A DNA stretch of 64,000 nucleotides from Euprymna scolopes. Its lineage: Eukaryota. A model generated the notes under the pieces. The model worked only from the letters and a program-made list of their open reading frames with translations, had not been told where the DNA came from and ran no database searches. This document shows, one piece after another, positions 25,297-40,272 of the stretch. The stretch is from the NCBI GenBank assembly GCA_053919585.1, contig CM132809.1; one strand, written 5' to 3'. How positions within the stretch are numbered: the first letter of the stretch is position 1; each line of letters opens with the position of its first letter. The position numbers were made by a program, and so were the translations under genes.

Positions 25297-26254
25297 CTGT
25301 TAACCAAAACTATATTTAATTGAAATTAAACATTTATAAAGTTATACTTGAATTGTCTACAGTGATTAAGCGACTAGGCTGCCACAATCTCGCACACTGG
25401 CTAAATGACTGACTTTCAGTAGAAAGTGTTCAATTTGTAAGAAACTTGTTCCCGTAGTTTGTATGAAATCATATATATTTTAATATATATGTCATTTATG
25501 TTTTTGTCAAAATCCTGTTAGCCGATTATTCTTCAAAGCAAATAAATTCCTTAGTTTATTAAGTAAATGAGTAAAATGAACCCACAACTATATATTTTTT
25601 TTTTGTTTTATATTTCGACGATTGCTTCAACTTAGGTCTGTGCCGTCTTAGACGCGTTTCGAAACACATAACTAAAAACATTTTTTGGTGTATATGCGTG
25701 TACTTTCGTCACTATTAACTAGTAATAATAAGTGAAAAAAGGTAGTATAGATTTAAGAACGATAATGGAACGTGCTCTTATGAACCCCTTGCACTAAATA
25801 TACATATTCTTTACAAACCCAGTTAGCAACAAAATCACACCCCTTCACTGTTGACGTCCAATAATGACAGAAAGCTTTTTTTTCTCTGATAGTTTCTTTC
25901 CTCGAAGACCTAGACTTTGAAATTCCCTTCTTGTTATCTGCTTCTCTGACTGTACTGATATGCAGCATTGAACATAAGGCTAATACTCGGCACATAAATA
26001 TACAAATATTATTATTATCTTTTAATGATGATTTCCGTTTTCAGCTTCGAACGAGTGTACTATCCTTCCGTGCTCAGTTCAAAATAATAATTACATATTT
26101 GTTGCATAGTCTTCAAAGCATTCTCCCAGGCATTATTTCATCTTTTCGATGTCAGTGTGGTATATGTTATTTTTTTTAACATATATTACGAAAATATGCG
26201 ACCCTTTCTGTTTTTGGCAGGTATATTATAAATATACCTAACTATGCAAATAAA

Positions 26255-26420
26255 GACCCGTGGCTCAGTGGTTAGAGTACTGGGAAAATCAATTGTGAAA
26301 TTGATATTCTACTGAAGGTTGAAGGTTCAATCCTCAGTGTGGGCGACCGAAATAAACATTTGCGAATTACTTAGGATCTCTATCCAGTCATGGCTTACGC
26401 TACCCCCGTGAAGTAAATAA
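26255..26420 (+). mobile_element. tRNA-derived SINE
   Basis: A box tggctcagtgg (26261) and B box ggttcaatcc (26324), followed by a non-tRNA body. Confidence 0.55.
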
Positions 26421-26722
26421 AGGGGTCCACTCGAAATTTCGTCCAAATTCTCGAGTTCGACAGAAACATTCCCGAGTTCGACAAGATACATCTGAAGAAG
26501 GTAGGAGGTTATATCCGCCGAAACGTTGTAAAAATCACACTCAACAGTAGTCCGATGAATAATAATACATATAACCAATCCTTATCTAAAAAATTCAGAA
26601 ACGTAATATTTTTTGTCGTTGTTTTTAGTTAAATAATAATGTTTGTTAAATTATTATCTATCAACATATTGAAAAAATTATGCTTTTCTTTTTTTCTAGG
26701 TAAGTTCCCGTCTATATATATA

Positions 26723-26782
<60 letters not shown>

Positions 26783-27554
26783 TACAGAAATTACTACCGA
26801 GATTCATGGTAATTATGATTTCTTTCAATTTTTAAGTCTCTTGCAATGGTTATTGTATTCTTTTTTTCGAACATAAAACCTGTATTATATTTCTATTCAA
26901 ATATTGTTTTGTTTTTCTTTAAAATACTTTGTTTCTAGATAAGTTCTTACTTACAGAATAACCCACACACATACACACACATTTATTTATTAGTATATAT
27001 ATATATATATACACACACACACATATATATATATATATTTTAGACACATGTGAACTTTCTTACATCATAGAAAAATACCGTCTATAAAAGCAATACAGTT
27101 AATCAGTTTATAAATTACATAACAAAAATACACTTAATTCAATTTCAGTTAAATATCCACATTTGAATTATTACAGCCAAAATAACTCGAAACGAATATT
27201 AACTCCATCATATATATTTTAAATATATTAACAGCTATATGACATTTAAAAGATTACACTTTTTTCACAACGTCATAGGATTTTATTTATGCCTAATTAT
27301 TTTTCGTTCTGAGTTCGACTAATGTCATCCTTTTAACAAATATAATTTCAAATATTTCAACAACTTTTTTCGTTCTGAAGTAGTATACTGTTCTAATTTT
27401 AACAACATATATTTTCAAATGTTTAGTAGAATTATATTTTCCTCAATTAATTTATCCAGAAAAAAGTCTTACAATAAAGACGAAAGATCTGTTGTGGCAT
27501 ATAGCTTGGTTTGTTTCTGATTCATCTCTTTATTAGGTCGGAATACATAATTAT

Positions 27555-27619
<65 letters not shown>

Positions 27620-29184
27620 TACAACGATGAAACATGATGGTTTGTACGAGTCTACTGTATAAATATATTAGTATTTATTACTTTCTGGCTGTATCACTTA
27701 GACAAAAGTCAGTTGAATTTGAGACTAAATTATTTCCCTAGGGAAATAAATTGAAAAAGATAAAGCAGTCTGATAATTATATTTTCTGTTTACTTTTTCG
27801 AAATGTCAATTATTTCCCACACAAACCTTTTACTGATACGAGAAAAGCTGGTCTGAGTTTTTATCTTGGTATTTTATATGACTGATAAATTCATTTAATA
27901 AATGCTTCTACCGATAAAACCAGCGAAGCTAAGTGTCGCATAGTGTTCGTTAGTCAGTGCCGTTATTGGCGATCGATATCTCAGCCGGAAACGATACTTT
28001 CATTGTGGTTAAAACAACCGTGATAAGAAACGTTAATAAAACAGAGAGATGACGCCTCATATAAATAAACCATAGGCATGGAAAATCCATCGTAGATTGG
28101 CTTTAACTTATCAATGCAAATAGCAATGGGAATTGATAGCCTGGCGTTTCATTTATTTTGTTTGAGATTGTAAGAGACACGCGATATTACTCACGATAAA
28201 CCAAGTCCATTAAATTCCAATACTGTTTGCAACTGTAGAAATAGAGTTGTGCTATGTCTAGATGTTCTATATATCAATTGCGGTTAACAATGCACACAGC
28301 TTCCTTGGGAAATGTAATAATCAGCATAAAATGAAGCACTTCCGCATAAAGAAAGAGAACTTTGATATTAATCAATTTGATGTAATCCGCATCATCTTGT
28401 AGTCGTTATGAATCTCTACACATATTATGGTTCATTCCAGTTTGAATTAACTACAAGACATTGTCCTCTAGGCTCTTATGTATCTCTATACAAGGGCATT
28501 TTGAAAACAACACCGTATGTAACTTCGCCTTACAAATAAAAAAACCTGATCTCTAATTCACACATCCGTCCATCTGAGAAAGACATTTTTTTTTATATTC
28601 GAGTGTCAGTTAAGTTTTGTTAAAAAATAAAACACGCGTAACCTCCCCTCCCAAAAAAACAGTAAAGATTTTTCAATCATGTTAAATATTTATAGCTTTT
28701 ACTGTTTATAAAATTGTTATGTAAAAGTAGAGAATAATCAATAAATACCTTTCGCCTCACATGTTAAGAATGGCTTTCCAAATAAGAAATTCTCAACGTT
28801 TATTTTTATTATTATATTTTTTATAATAATACAAATACACGTTGAGAATAATAATAATTTCCCCCACTCTTTATTAGTAGCAGTCTTTTTCATCGTAAAA
28901 GAACCATTACATTTAGATGCATTAAAACGAATCTAAAATCGATGATAGGTGATTAAACATTTAATGGGTTTTAATTAAAAACACTTTCAGTGGAATGACT
29001 GTGTTGCTATTACAAAACACCTGTTTGTGCGTTTCCTTCTTATTAAGTTTTTTTAATCATACACTGTTCTCAGAATAACAGGAACTTGCTTTCGGTGATA
29101 GTCTTTTCGGCGAAATAAATGCTTTGAGTTTTACAAACGGGATCGTTATGCTTATGAGTTACTATATTGGTTTATGATATGTAT

Positions 29185-30400
29185 GCTATCTTTGAAACTG
29201 AAAATTTTACGTAAATATCTTAAAAGTATAATTAAAGATTTCCAGCTACGGTATTACTGGAAATATTTTCTCAATCATTAAATCATTTCTCTCCGATAGG
29301 TTCATAAGAGTAGTGGTTGATGGGCAGAAATCAGAGGCTCACAGTATTAATGCTGGAGTCCCTCAGGGGTCCAACTTTCTTCCTGATCTACATCAATGAT
29401 CTTTAAAAACACATACTTAAATCATTCGTTGACATCTATGCTGATGACACAACCATCTATGGCAACACATCAAAGGCGTTAAATCACAAAGTTATCTCTA
29501 ATTCTCTCTCCTCTGATCTTGAGAACGTGGTACAATAGGGGAAGAGGTAGCTGGTCACTTTTAATGCATCCAAAACCAAGCTTCTATCTTTACATCATCA
29601 ACACTCTGATCCCCATCTGGCATCAATTGAAATGGATGGCTCTCGTCTTAGAGAAGCTCCATGTTTTGACAAGCTTCAGGGTTTGACCTTTACTCCTGAT
29701 CTAAAATGGAACACGTACATCAAATCTGTTGCCAGGGACGCTGGGAAAATGGTGGGATCCTTCTACCGCTCCAGAAGATATCTCACTACTGATGCAATTT
29801 TCTATCTTTATAAAAGCCAAGTACGTTCAAGGATGGAGTACTGCAGCCACATCTGGGCACGAGCTGCTAAAAACGCCTATCCTGCCTTGACAGAGTACAA
29901 AATAGACTTCGTGGTTTAGTGGGGGATGCCCTTTTCTCTTCCCTGCAACCTCTCTCCCACAGAAGAGACGTTGCAAGCCTGTCTTTGTTTTATCGCTATT
30001 TCCATGGCAGGTGCTCGTCTGAGCTCCAATCCCTCGTCCCCCCTCGCCAATCTTTCACGAGAAACACCCGTCTGGCTGAAACTACTGTCAATAATTTTCC
30101 CCACTCTTTATCTGTGTCTAAATCCAAACGTAGATTCCATGAGTAAAGCTTATTTCTTGGAACTACACGCCAGTGGAACTCTCTGCCGCTTGCTTGTTTC
30201 CCACCTGACTACAACTTGGACGTCTTCAAGTCAACATAAACAAACTCCTGACAAACCGCCCGCTTAGGTAAGACACTCTATCAAAACCCCCAATATTAAT
30301 GATTACTACATTACTACCTCATTGATTACTGTACACGCATAAACCCTTATCCCTCAGTGGTCTTCGGGCCTTGATAAGTGGTGACCCCCATGTAAAAAAA
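29185..30400 (+). mobile_element. CR1/Jockey-group LINE, family B, 5' truncated, frameshifted
   Basis: YGITGNIFSIIKSFLSDR..VVVDGQKS..INAGVPQGS..IYINDL..IYADDTT..FNASKTK..MEYCSHIW..LQPLSHRRDVASLSLFYRYFHGRCS. The 3' UTR cttatccctcagtggtcttcgggccttgataagtggtga is followed by poly(A). Confidence 0.92.
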
Positions 30401-30641
30401 CAAAAGAAAAATGTAACATAAAAATATAAATATATATATGGATATATTAATATATATATATATACACATATATATTCATATATATGTATGTGTATATATG
30501 TATATGTATATAGAGATAAAATAAAAAAGAATACACGCTAACACCTTTCATTATGACTGAGATTTTGCTATTTAGATTTAATCCCATTTATATCCTAATA
30601 AACGGTAATTAGAAATTAACTTGACAAATCACCTACCTTTA

Positions 30642-30692
<51 letters not shown>

Positions 30693-30847
30693 TTTTGTTA
30701 TAATGTACGTCTTGCGAATGTTATCTATTCTTTATTTCTAGCAATCTATTTATAAATTGAAACTCTGAGTTTATTCAGATTGTTAAGGTACAGCAGAACA
30801 CATAAATTATTTTTATGTATCTATATGTCTATATTTCTCTTACTATG

Positions 30848-30883
<36 letters not shown>

Positions 30884-31549
30884 CTGCGTTTGTGTCTGTT
30901 TTACTCCTTTTTGCACTTCCTACGGAGTCTAGTAGTCTCTAAGCTTTTATTATCCTCAAAGTTGTCGTATTCTATAGATTCTTTCTTAACTGCTTTATAT
31001 TGCTGTCAAATTGTCGAAGTGTATCTTTTAAATAATACTTCATCGAATTTCCCATAAACCAAACAAGAATAAATAGTCGTCCATGCTCTAATAAACTTGT
31101 AACAATGCCTCTAGTGTTGTTAATATAAATTTAAAAAAAACAACGCCAATAAAAAATGCTAATTCTCTTATAAGTTAATAAACTAAGAATTGGCTGTAAA
31201 TAGAGATAACATGTAATTCTACTAAGCTTGAACTTCTTTCTTTAAACATTGCAAGAAACTCTGTCAACTACTGATAGCCGTGATTAAAACATTCTAATTG
31301 AGAGATCATCGTTCTAAATCCTCGCCTGAACATTCACGTGCAACATGAATATGAGCAAATACATTTAAGACATAATCAAGACTGCTGGAAAGAGCGTGTT
31401 TTACCTCTAGCGTGCTGGGAAATTCGATCAGAGAGCATGTTATACGTTTACAAATCTAAAATTTTATGATATAATGCATCCATCACTTGTTTAATTATAG
31501 AAAGGTTTCAAAAAATCTCAAATCTAGTAGGTTTCTCATTGTTGTTTAG

Positions 31550-31830
31550 GCTTCAACTTGTGTCTGATAGCTGTCATGTGTAATCTCCATGGTTGTCTTA
31601 AAAGTACTAGAATAGAACGTGCTCTTAAGACCTCGTTGACAATGTACCTTCCGTCGTACATAGATGCGAAAAACTCGTCAAGAAACCAAATCCACCTTAT
31701 CGCCGTAAAGGTGCTTAGATGCGTGAAAGTCCTCCACTCTGAAAGCTTCTTTTCTGGGACTGCTAGACTTTTTGATTAGCTTCTTGCTTGTTTCTTCCTT
31801 GATTATTAATATTAAGAAGTTTAAATATTA
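31550..31830 (+). mobile_element. Highly degenerate CR1-type LINE 3' fragment
   Basis: HSESFFSGTARL resembles the SFF.RTARLWN C-terminal motif seen in the family B copies. Confidence 0.4.
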
Positions 31831-34800
31831 ACAAACACCACTCTCATTTTATCACATCTAGTGAGCATGCTCCAAATGTAGCTCCAACGTTCAGGCGATA
31901 ATATGTCTTTATTCTTGGTTGAACAAGAGTAAAATGGAGCATGCGAAGAAGAAGTATGAACTAATGCTAAAAATGAAAAAGAAAATCATGATAAAAACGA
32001 AGAAAAAAAAAAAGAAACAACCCGTAAATTTATTTTTTGTCTCTACTCTATATTTTTAATTGAGAAGTTTAACGTAATTTTGGTTCTTTGAAAAGAGGCT
32101 TGCCTTTTTTTTCTGTTGTTCTTGGCCTTCGGGCAGGGATCAAAGCGTAGTATTTGTTCGGGCATATACTGCAAACAAAGACCATATGTGGGGGCAGCCC
32201 CACATATAAGACCTTGATCAATGTAGGTGCAATCCTTCATACCATTTGTCACTATCCAGCTCCCCTACTCCCCGGGGAGTTGGTCCCCATTTCCATTCAC
32301 TCCTCACATTAAAAATCGGCCCTGAGCCTAATTTGCTCAGTGAGGCAGCAAATAAATACCAAGCCTATTGTGATATTACCCAGCTAGCTGCCGTGTGCCG
32401 ACTTGGATAACGGCGTCTTGTATAAGGGAGATAACTCACAGGTGAACAACTCTGATAACAAGCCTCAATTCACAAGATCCGATCTGGACGCGTCTTGCCA
32501 CAGTGGTAAAGGAAAAGGCGAACGGACGCGTTATCGCCTGACTTCGGAGATGTGTAAGTCTCGTTAACAAATCCCGCTGGGAAATTAGTAGGCGTGGTTT
32601 TAAATAGCTCTCTTAACGTTCAGGGGCCAGCAATGAAAATTAAAAGGTAAGAAGTTTAATCTTTTATAGTAATTATGACTGAATTCTGCTCAAAGATGCT
32701 TGTTTAGAAGGATGAAGTTAGCAGGGATCGATAGTCGTGCAAACAAGGATGATACAATAAACAAAAACGAGGAATTAACTGTAAGATCAAAGTGAAAATA
32801 TTCAACAGATTTCATTGATTATAAAAGAGGAAAGACATGCGTCGACAAAAAAAGAGTTTTCTTATAAATTAAAGGATACGCTTTTTTTCTAAGAGTTGTA
32901 TTATCATTTTTTATGGCGCTCACATGAAAGAAATGATATAATGTGTTTGTTATTTCTTTTTTATCAAATAAACCATAACTTTTACGGTAGTAATATACGA
33001 CGATGTGCACTCCTCTGTACGATGATGTTTTGATGTGATGGAGTCGAGTTTGGTTAACAATGATTCTGTTTGAATTTGAAAGAAATTGGCACTCTCGTTT
33101 AAACAGGTCATATAAAATTCTGGATCATCATTTACCTACGATCGAACACACACGGCGAATATAAATTGGTTTACATAATGTGTTTAATGACCAATAAAAT
33201 ATGAATAAAATTTAAATAATTAAAAAAATGACTAAATTATTGTGGTAACCCCTGAGCCAGGTATTTACTTCAACCGTTATAAAAACATTATCAAATCATC
33301 TTTAACGGGTCTAACCTATGTTAAAATTATTCTGTGTACCTTACCGCCAAAGCATGTCAACTATGGAAAGCTGGTTTACACTAAACTTACTTGTGACTAT
33401 TAACCCAAGATCCTCCATTTTTCAACGCAAAGTGGCATTATTCAATATAAATCGGTATCTGTTTATTTCAGACAATTTTGGCGTTGAAAGAGCCATAGTT
33501 TTCTTTCGTCTCCAAATCTATCAAGCCAAAGCTATTGCTGAGATATCTCGTCCCATGCTGACTAAGGTATAGTCCTATGCAGTTCTAGGACGTCAAATCG
33601 CCCATGCATTAAAATTTTTCTCTGAGCATGGATTAATTTTGTGCTAATCGCCGTAGGCGCCCCGAACAGAGAATAATAAAGGAACTGCCACATTAATTTT
33701 ATTAATTTATTTTTATTTCGGACTATTTGTCTCATCTTTATTAGTTGTTGTTTTTTTTTTGTTTCTTTTATCTTTTATTGGTTTGTTTATTCACAACGTT
33801 TCGGTCAACTATTCCTCTGGTCTTCCTCAGGTGGTAACCGCGACGGATAGGAGCTGCCACATATTTTTTCGCTAATAACAGGCGCTGGTTCGTCAATGTC
33901 TACATTTCAACCCTTGTGTCCCATCATTCTGTCCTAGAGAGAAGTAAATAGTAGAAATTCTGATTAAATAATTAATGTAAAAGGGCAGATGTTACTCATA
34001 AAATAGACCAAATTTTAACATCAATGCAATAGTTACTATAAAAATCATAGCGTCGATACGCATGGTTAAAGTGTCCTCAAAATCAAAAGTATAAGAAAAC
34101 ATTACATCATTTCACAAGTGTCTTCGTGTTTTGGTAATGAAATGATATTGTGATTGCTGAGGCGGTTAATTAAAACACTTAATCGTACGAAAGAGTTCTC
34201 AAAGAAAAAAAGTAGAACTAATCATGAAAGAACATCAACCGCTCATTACATTATGTGTATGCATGCATTTGTAGGCTTTTATTAATACTATCAAGTCAAT
34301 TAAAAAATTTGCCGATTTAAAATGTCATTTTGGAAATTACAAACTTTGTCTTTTTGAAAACTTTAATATCAATAAGGACTTTTGTACTTAATTTAATCCA
34401 TCAACAAGCTTATAAATGTCTTTCTCATCAAATTCCTTAAGTTTTGATGTGAAATGTGAATCTAACTCATATTCAATACCCTCTCTTATTGTTAATCTAA
34501 GACTATTTATATGATTAAATAATTACTGAATTAATCCATAATTCGAGATGGCTATGTCAGTAGAATTGCAGGATAGGACAAAGTTTTCACATAAAACGTC
34601 TCTTAGATCGTTTGTCAGTAGTTTTCTCCATAAACGGGAACCATCATGATGGAATATGACTCCCTTTCTGTTCAATTTAAAAAGTCGTTTTCGGGTTAAC
34701 ATGGGTGATTATATTACAGAAAATAAAAATGATGCTTTTATAATATATTAATTAATCCCAATGATGCATGTAAGTGATATCAATATGAATTTACTGAATT

Positions 34801-37800
34801 ATAATAGTTTGGAATAACTTTTCTACAAATAAAAATCATTCGCGCCGACCTTATATACCTTACTTTCATATCTGATACTTTACTTAATCCAAGGTTTCAA
34901 CAAACAATCATTAGACGGACACTATTTAACAAACTGTGATCACACATGTTTTACAGCAAACGCCAACTACTTGCACTTATGAGGTGTTGCCAGTGAGCAA
35001 CCAAGAACAAAATTAATTAATATATTTCATACATACGTACGCGGTCGTTGCTTTTCTATATGCGCCGTTCTCGGTATAGTTGCTTTTGTCTATAAGCTAT
35101 TGATCGGTAATTTAATTTAGGCAATAACTCGTGCATAGAAACGATGACAACTTGTTGTTTAAAAGGTTTTATTTGAGGAAAAAATGTCGTTCAGGAGAAG
35201 AGAGATTTAAAACGTTATTTCATTCTAAAAAAAGAGGCGTAAATTAAATCCTTCTAATGTTCCTTCATAGTCTTGATAGATTCGACCAACGGACTATTTC
35301 CATGGAATATGAACTTAGATTGCTACATGACCGTTCACATCTTGTCTTTTCGCTTTCGTGAACTGATTAGGAACTCCGTCGCCTCCCTTGAACAAGTTAA
35401 GTAATTTCTCAGTAAGATTATTTTGTAATGTTGTGATCCTTTCGCTGTGATCATAGCGTAGTATCTGTGTTAACTGTGTCAGGCAGGAAAACTGATTCAC
35501 AACTGAAATAATAAACAACTACAAAAAGAATGTGATTTTAGAAAATACAGGAAAACATACTTTTTTTAATTTGGATAAACTAATCATCAGATTTACGTTA
35601 CGGCAGCGGTTGGGGTCATAAACACGTGATGAGATATAAATTTGTGGAGATTCTTGTCAGTCGTTAGTTGAATATTAGAGAGAACAGACGACTCAAGGGG
35701 AGTATCTCTATGACACAGGGGGGCGGCGTTTTCTCAGGCAGCCAAGATTTGAAGATGTTGTAATTTCTGAAGATGTTGACCGGAATCATGAAAATATATG
35801 TTCGTATATAATCCAGGTATGTGCTGTCTTATTTACGGCTGTTAAAATGAGCTGTTCTCTACAACTGTTTCGATACGCCCTCGTCAATCATTTCTTGTAA
35901 AAACTGTTGTATAAATGTTAAAATATACACACTAGACGATCCACTAAATGATACGACGTATATACATACACGCATTTACACGTACATGAATATTAAGATA
36001 AAATATAAAACCCTACTATTCAACATGTACGTTGTTATGGAACATATTCATATACTCACACAACGTAAGAGTTTGACTCCTCACTTCTATCGGGTTTTAT
36101 CTAAATAACTTCATCTTTAACTTACGCGAGATACACTGAATCTGTTTCTGTTTGCCGCCAGGTTGTCAAGAAATGTACTTCATTTAAGCAATCCCCAAAT
36201 CATGCTAATAAATATTACCTTTACTTATTGGCGTAGGTTTATAATATATAAAACTAACATTTTTGTCCGTGTTTAAAAGTTGACTAAGCCGCTAGACTTC
36301 AGGCGGAAAGCATTATTTACAAGAGAATTCTTTGACGTGAAGAACCGTGTTTGATTCTTCGGGAACCACAAAGTTAAAACAGATCGATCATCCTGAATAC
36401 TTTGATCCCGACATTTAATTTGTTTGGAAAAAAAATATTTAAAAACAAATCAGTTATTTTTTGTTTGTTTTTCTACTGTAATTTAAACTGCTTAATCTAT
36501 TTTCTAATTAGACATTTTTGTGTTTTGTTGTTTTTTTTTTCATTTAACGAAAAGTAAATATTGATCAGTTCGATAAAAAGTTTCTTCTGTTTATTGGCTC
36601 GGTTCATGCTGATCCAATTGACTTCCTCCTGTTTTTAGTTTATCGATAACAAACTTCATCCTTCTTTTATTTTGTTTTATTTAATTTGTTTTCATTTTAA
36701 AAGTCCTAACGGATTGATAACTGCTACACAATTTAACATTTACCAAAACGAGAAACGAGATTACGAATAAACATTTACTAGCAGATATGCTTGATATTCT
36801 GTGGGTCTTATATTTAATGCAGATTATAATACATATTAAAACGAACATTTAAATAATTTCGGATTGTTTATGAGTTAAATATCATTAAAATCACTTTCTC
36901 TCAACCCCACTCAAAAAGAAAAAAAACATGGCTGTAATTTTACGGTTTTAAATTGGCTATTTTATTTTATAATTCAAAAAAGTCATGTTAAGAGGAGTCT
37001 GTAAGTTTTTTAATATAGTTTCTTTTGAAAATTTTAAAACGATGTTCAAGTGAGTTGAAATCTGTTTCTTTATAACTTATTTAAAAAATTATTCAGAGTA
37101 AAAAAACAAAACAAATTATGTGTTGTGTGTTGAGTTTTTATTAAAAAATATAAAGTGTTTAAATCAATCTTTTTTAGTTTTAAAAGGTTAAACATTATTT
37201 GCTAACTATTGTTTTAACTTCATCGTTATTTTATTATATTTTTTATTTATTTTATTTTTCATGTGTTAAAAAAGTTTTTTTCAACAATCGTGGAATTTCC
37301 AAGGGTTCTGCTTTTTCTCATTAATTCCTGTGATTCATTTGTAGGGTATCGCTTGGCGTCTTCTCATTCAGACAAATCAAAAACGATCTGTTAGCTGGCA
37401 AAGATATAGAGACGTTCACGCTGTTTTCGTTCATTGATGTGTATGCGATTATTATGACGTCATTTAACTTCCGGTCGGATATACAACCTTCATCTTGTAA
37501 AATTATAGTGGGAGGAAGGAGATGAAAAAAATCCGATTGTGTAAATAATGTGTTTTTTTGTAAGTGATGTAATTTACTTTGAGGTTCAAATTGAAATTGA
37601 ACACGCGTCATTATAGTTAATGTGCGCTGAATCACATAAACGAGGATGAGAAACAGAAGAAAAAGGCGCCTTAAATAACTGCGTTAGATTGTTCAATGAT
37701 CTACAATATCAAATACGGGATGGAGTCGGGATTGGCGGAAGTAAATAAAGAAATGTTAATGAAATCTAAAAATAAAATAACTCATAATACAATATATACA

Positions 37801-38019
37801 TTGTATAAAGTAAATGATAACTTCCGGTTGGAGATACTTAAGATGCAACAAGAAAATATTTCTTTTTTTTTATTATTTTAAGATGAACAAGAACATTTTT
37901 TTGTTTGTATTTGTATTTAGGTTGTTTACAAGGTAATAGCACTCCTTAAAAAATCGCATGTTTTCTCAATCTTCACGGACCATTTCCCGATTGAAATAAT
38001 GATGCATTTTAACTCCTCA

Positions 38020-39300
38020 TTTTCTCCTTCTCTTTTCCTTCCATAACACCTTTTCATCCATTCTCTCGTTTGTTTTTCGTTCTTTTCAATATAACACGTT
38101 TTCCAAAGTTTTCTCTTTACATTTTCATCTTTTTCCTCTCTGTCTTATTCGCTTTTTTAAAAGATTAGTCCCCCTCTCTTCTTCCCCCTTCTTCGTAAGA
38201 TCGCTTTTCCTTTTTTCTCGCACCCTCCCTCTCTCTCTCTTTCTCTCTCTCTCTCCCTCCCTTAAAATAAACCAAGTCTTTCTATCTCAATCTTCCTTCA
38301 CCCTCTTTCATAATTTCACGCCGCTTAGCATTCTTTTGTCTTTAATATATTCTTTTCGGTACATATAATTCCTTCACTCCCATTATGTTCTCTTCTGCCC
38401 CTTTCTTTCTCTCCTTGCTTCTATCTATGTTCTCTCTCTCTCTCCCTCTTTCACTCTCACTCAGTTTAGTTATCTGTCTCTTATTATATGTTTTACTATA
38501 TTATCATAAAACCACCGTTCCTCCTCTTTTTCTTTATATATATTCTCGTCGTCAGCTATCTGTCTGTGTGTATTCGTCCCTCTCGACCCCTTTCACGATC
38601 ATAATATCGTTTATCCTCTCTAAATAATCTCCCTTTTCCATCCCCTTCTCTTATAATAGACCACTTGCCGCTTCCTTATTTCATAATAACACCCTTCTTT
38701 TTTCATCTATAATAGCCTACTTTCTTGCCACTCGCTCCCTTTTCTCTCTTAATAACACGCTTTCTTTATATTCCACATCGTTATTTCTCATTCTTGATTT
38801 TTTTAACTAATCATTACAGTCGTTTAACTTCATTAATTCGTCTTTCTCTTTGGTCTCTCATTCCATCTCCCTTTCTTTCTCTCTCTAACACACACTCTCT
38901 CTCACTCTCTCTTTCTCTCTATCGATACAAAATCTATCTTCAGCGATCTTTGTTCCCCACACCCCATCTCTCATAATAAAAACATCATTTTCCTATTCTT
39001 GATTTCTTTTCGTAAATCTAATCATATCCGACGTTTACCTTCATTAATTCCTCCTTATTTCAAGCCCTTCTTCCGTTTTTACATCATTTTTCTTCCCCGA
39101 GAGACATACGGGGGGGATGAATAAAACATTGACACACCTACACTCACATAATGACGTAAGAAGAATGATAATGCAGTTTCTCGTTCTTTTCCTTCCATTC
39201 TTTCCCCCGTCAGTTTTCTTTTCCTTCCCTACGAACCATTCCATTAACCCTAAATTCTTCCTATTTTCGCGATTATTTTCTTTGCTGTTCTCGTCAGTTT
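38020..39300 (+). repeat. Long pyrimidine-rich (CT) low-complexity tract
   Basis: Strong C/T strand skew with embedded (CT)n runs. Confidence 0.75.
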
Positions 39301-39344
39301 CTGCTAGTTGTTCAAAAATAATTTTTCTCTCATAAGAAAATTTG

Positions 39345-39415
39345 AACCGGCGGAAGTATGGCTGCGCATGACAAGGAAATGAGAACAGTGGGCCGTGATG
39401 CGCATGTGCGTAAAA
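39345..39415. promoter_or_regulatory. Candidate promoter-like motif cluster (ETS- and NRF1-like sites)
   Basis: CGGAAGT at 39351, TGCGCATG at 39363 and TGCGCATGTGCG at 39399, in a locally CpG-rich patch. No linked gene identified. Confidence 0.3.
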
Positions 39416-40214
39416 TGTCGGTGAATTGCGAAGGTGGAAGCATCTTCTGTTCGCGTAGGTAGAAGAGATGAAGAGTTCTGCATCGATATCAATCCAATAA
39501 ATATAGCAGAAAAAAAAATTACCAAAAAGAGTCATCAGTAAAGAAAGCATTTTTCATTTAAAAAAAAATTCTATGTTTATTTAATAAAAGTCAGTTTTTC
39601 CAATTCTTTTCTTGTGGTCGCATAATGTTTCATGTAGACGCAAGGTCAGGTATTTAATGTTAGGAAGGTCACACAGAAGAATTCTGATTCAAGAACTACA
39701 GAATAATTATGTTGTTTTTATTCTGTCTTTTTGTGATAAGGATTGAAAATTTAACAGTAAGATTGCACTTGACAAAACATGAATGAGTTTAAGGATCCAT
39801 TTTTTTTACTCCAGTGTAACTTATCTGAAATGAAATGGCTCCCTTCCTGGGTCTAACACTGGTTATTTGTATTAGATACATAAATAATCACATATTCCAT
39901 TTCTTTTTCAAACATTAAATTTTACATAAGTAAAGAAGTTAACAACTATTTTATTCTCCTGTTCTGAAATGACAATTTAAATATGTTTTGGTGTATCTTT
40001 CTTGCGTTCTTTGTTCTTACTGATCTTCATCATGATCGATTTCGAGAAGTTGAGATATGGAATAGGCAATAAAGAAACAATGCCCCAAAATAACGGCCAT
40101 CATTGAAAGCAAACCAAGATGCGTTTAAAATCACAGTGTTATAATGTTTTAGTTTTGTAAATGTGGTTTTATGTTGTGGAATTTGACTAGTTAATTACTT
40201 TGAATTTAGGTACC

Positions 40215-40272
<58 letters not shown>

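Noticed and set aside
35315-35560. Possible terminal exon of a minus-strand host gene
   Set aside because: Acceptor- and donor-like signals exist, but I could not extend an open upstream exon and the peptide resembles nothing I recognise.
38385-39550. Several 70-170 aa ORFs
   Set aside because: They arise from the CT/GA-skewed low-complexity tract and have biased composition with no domain.
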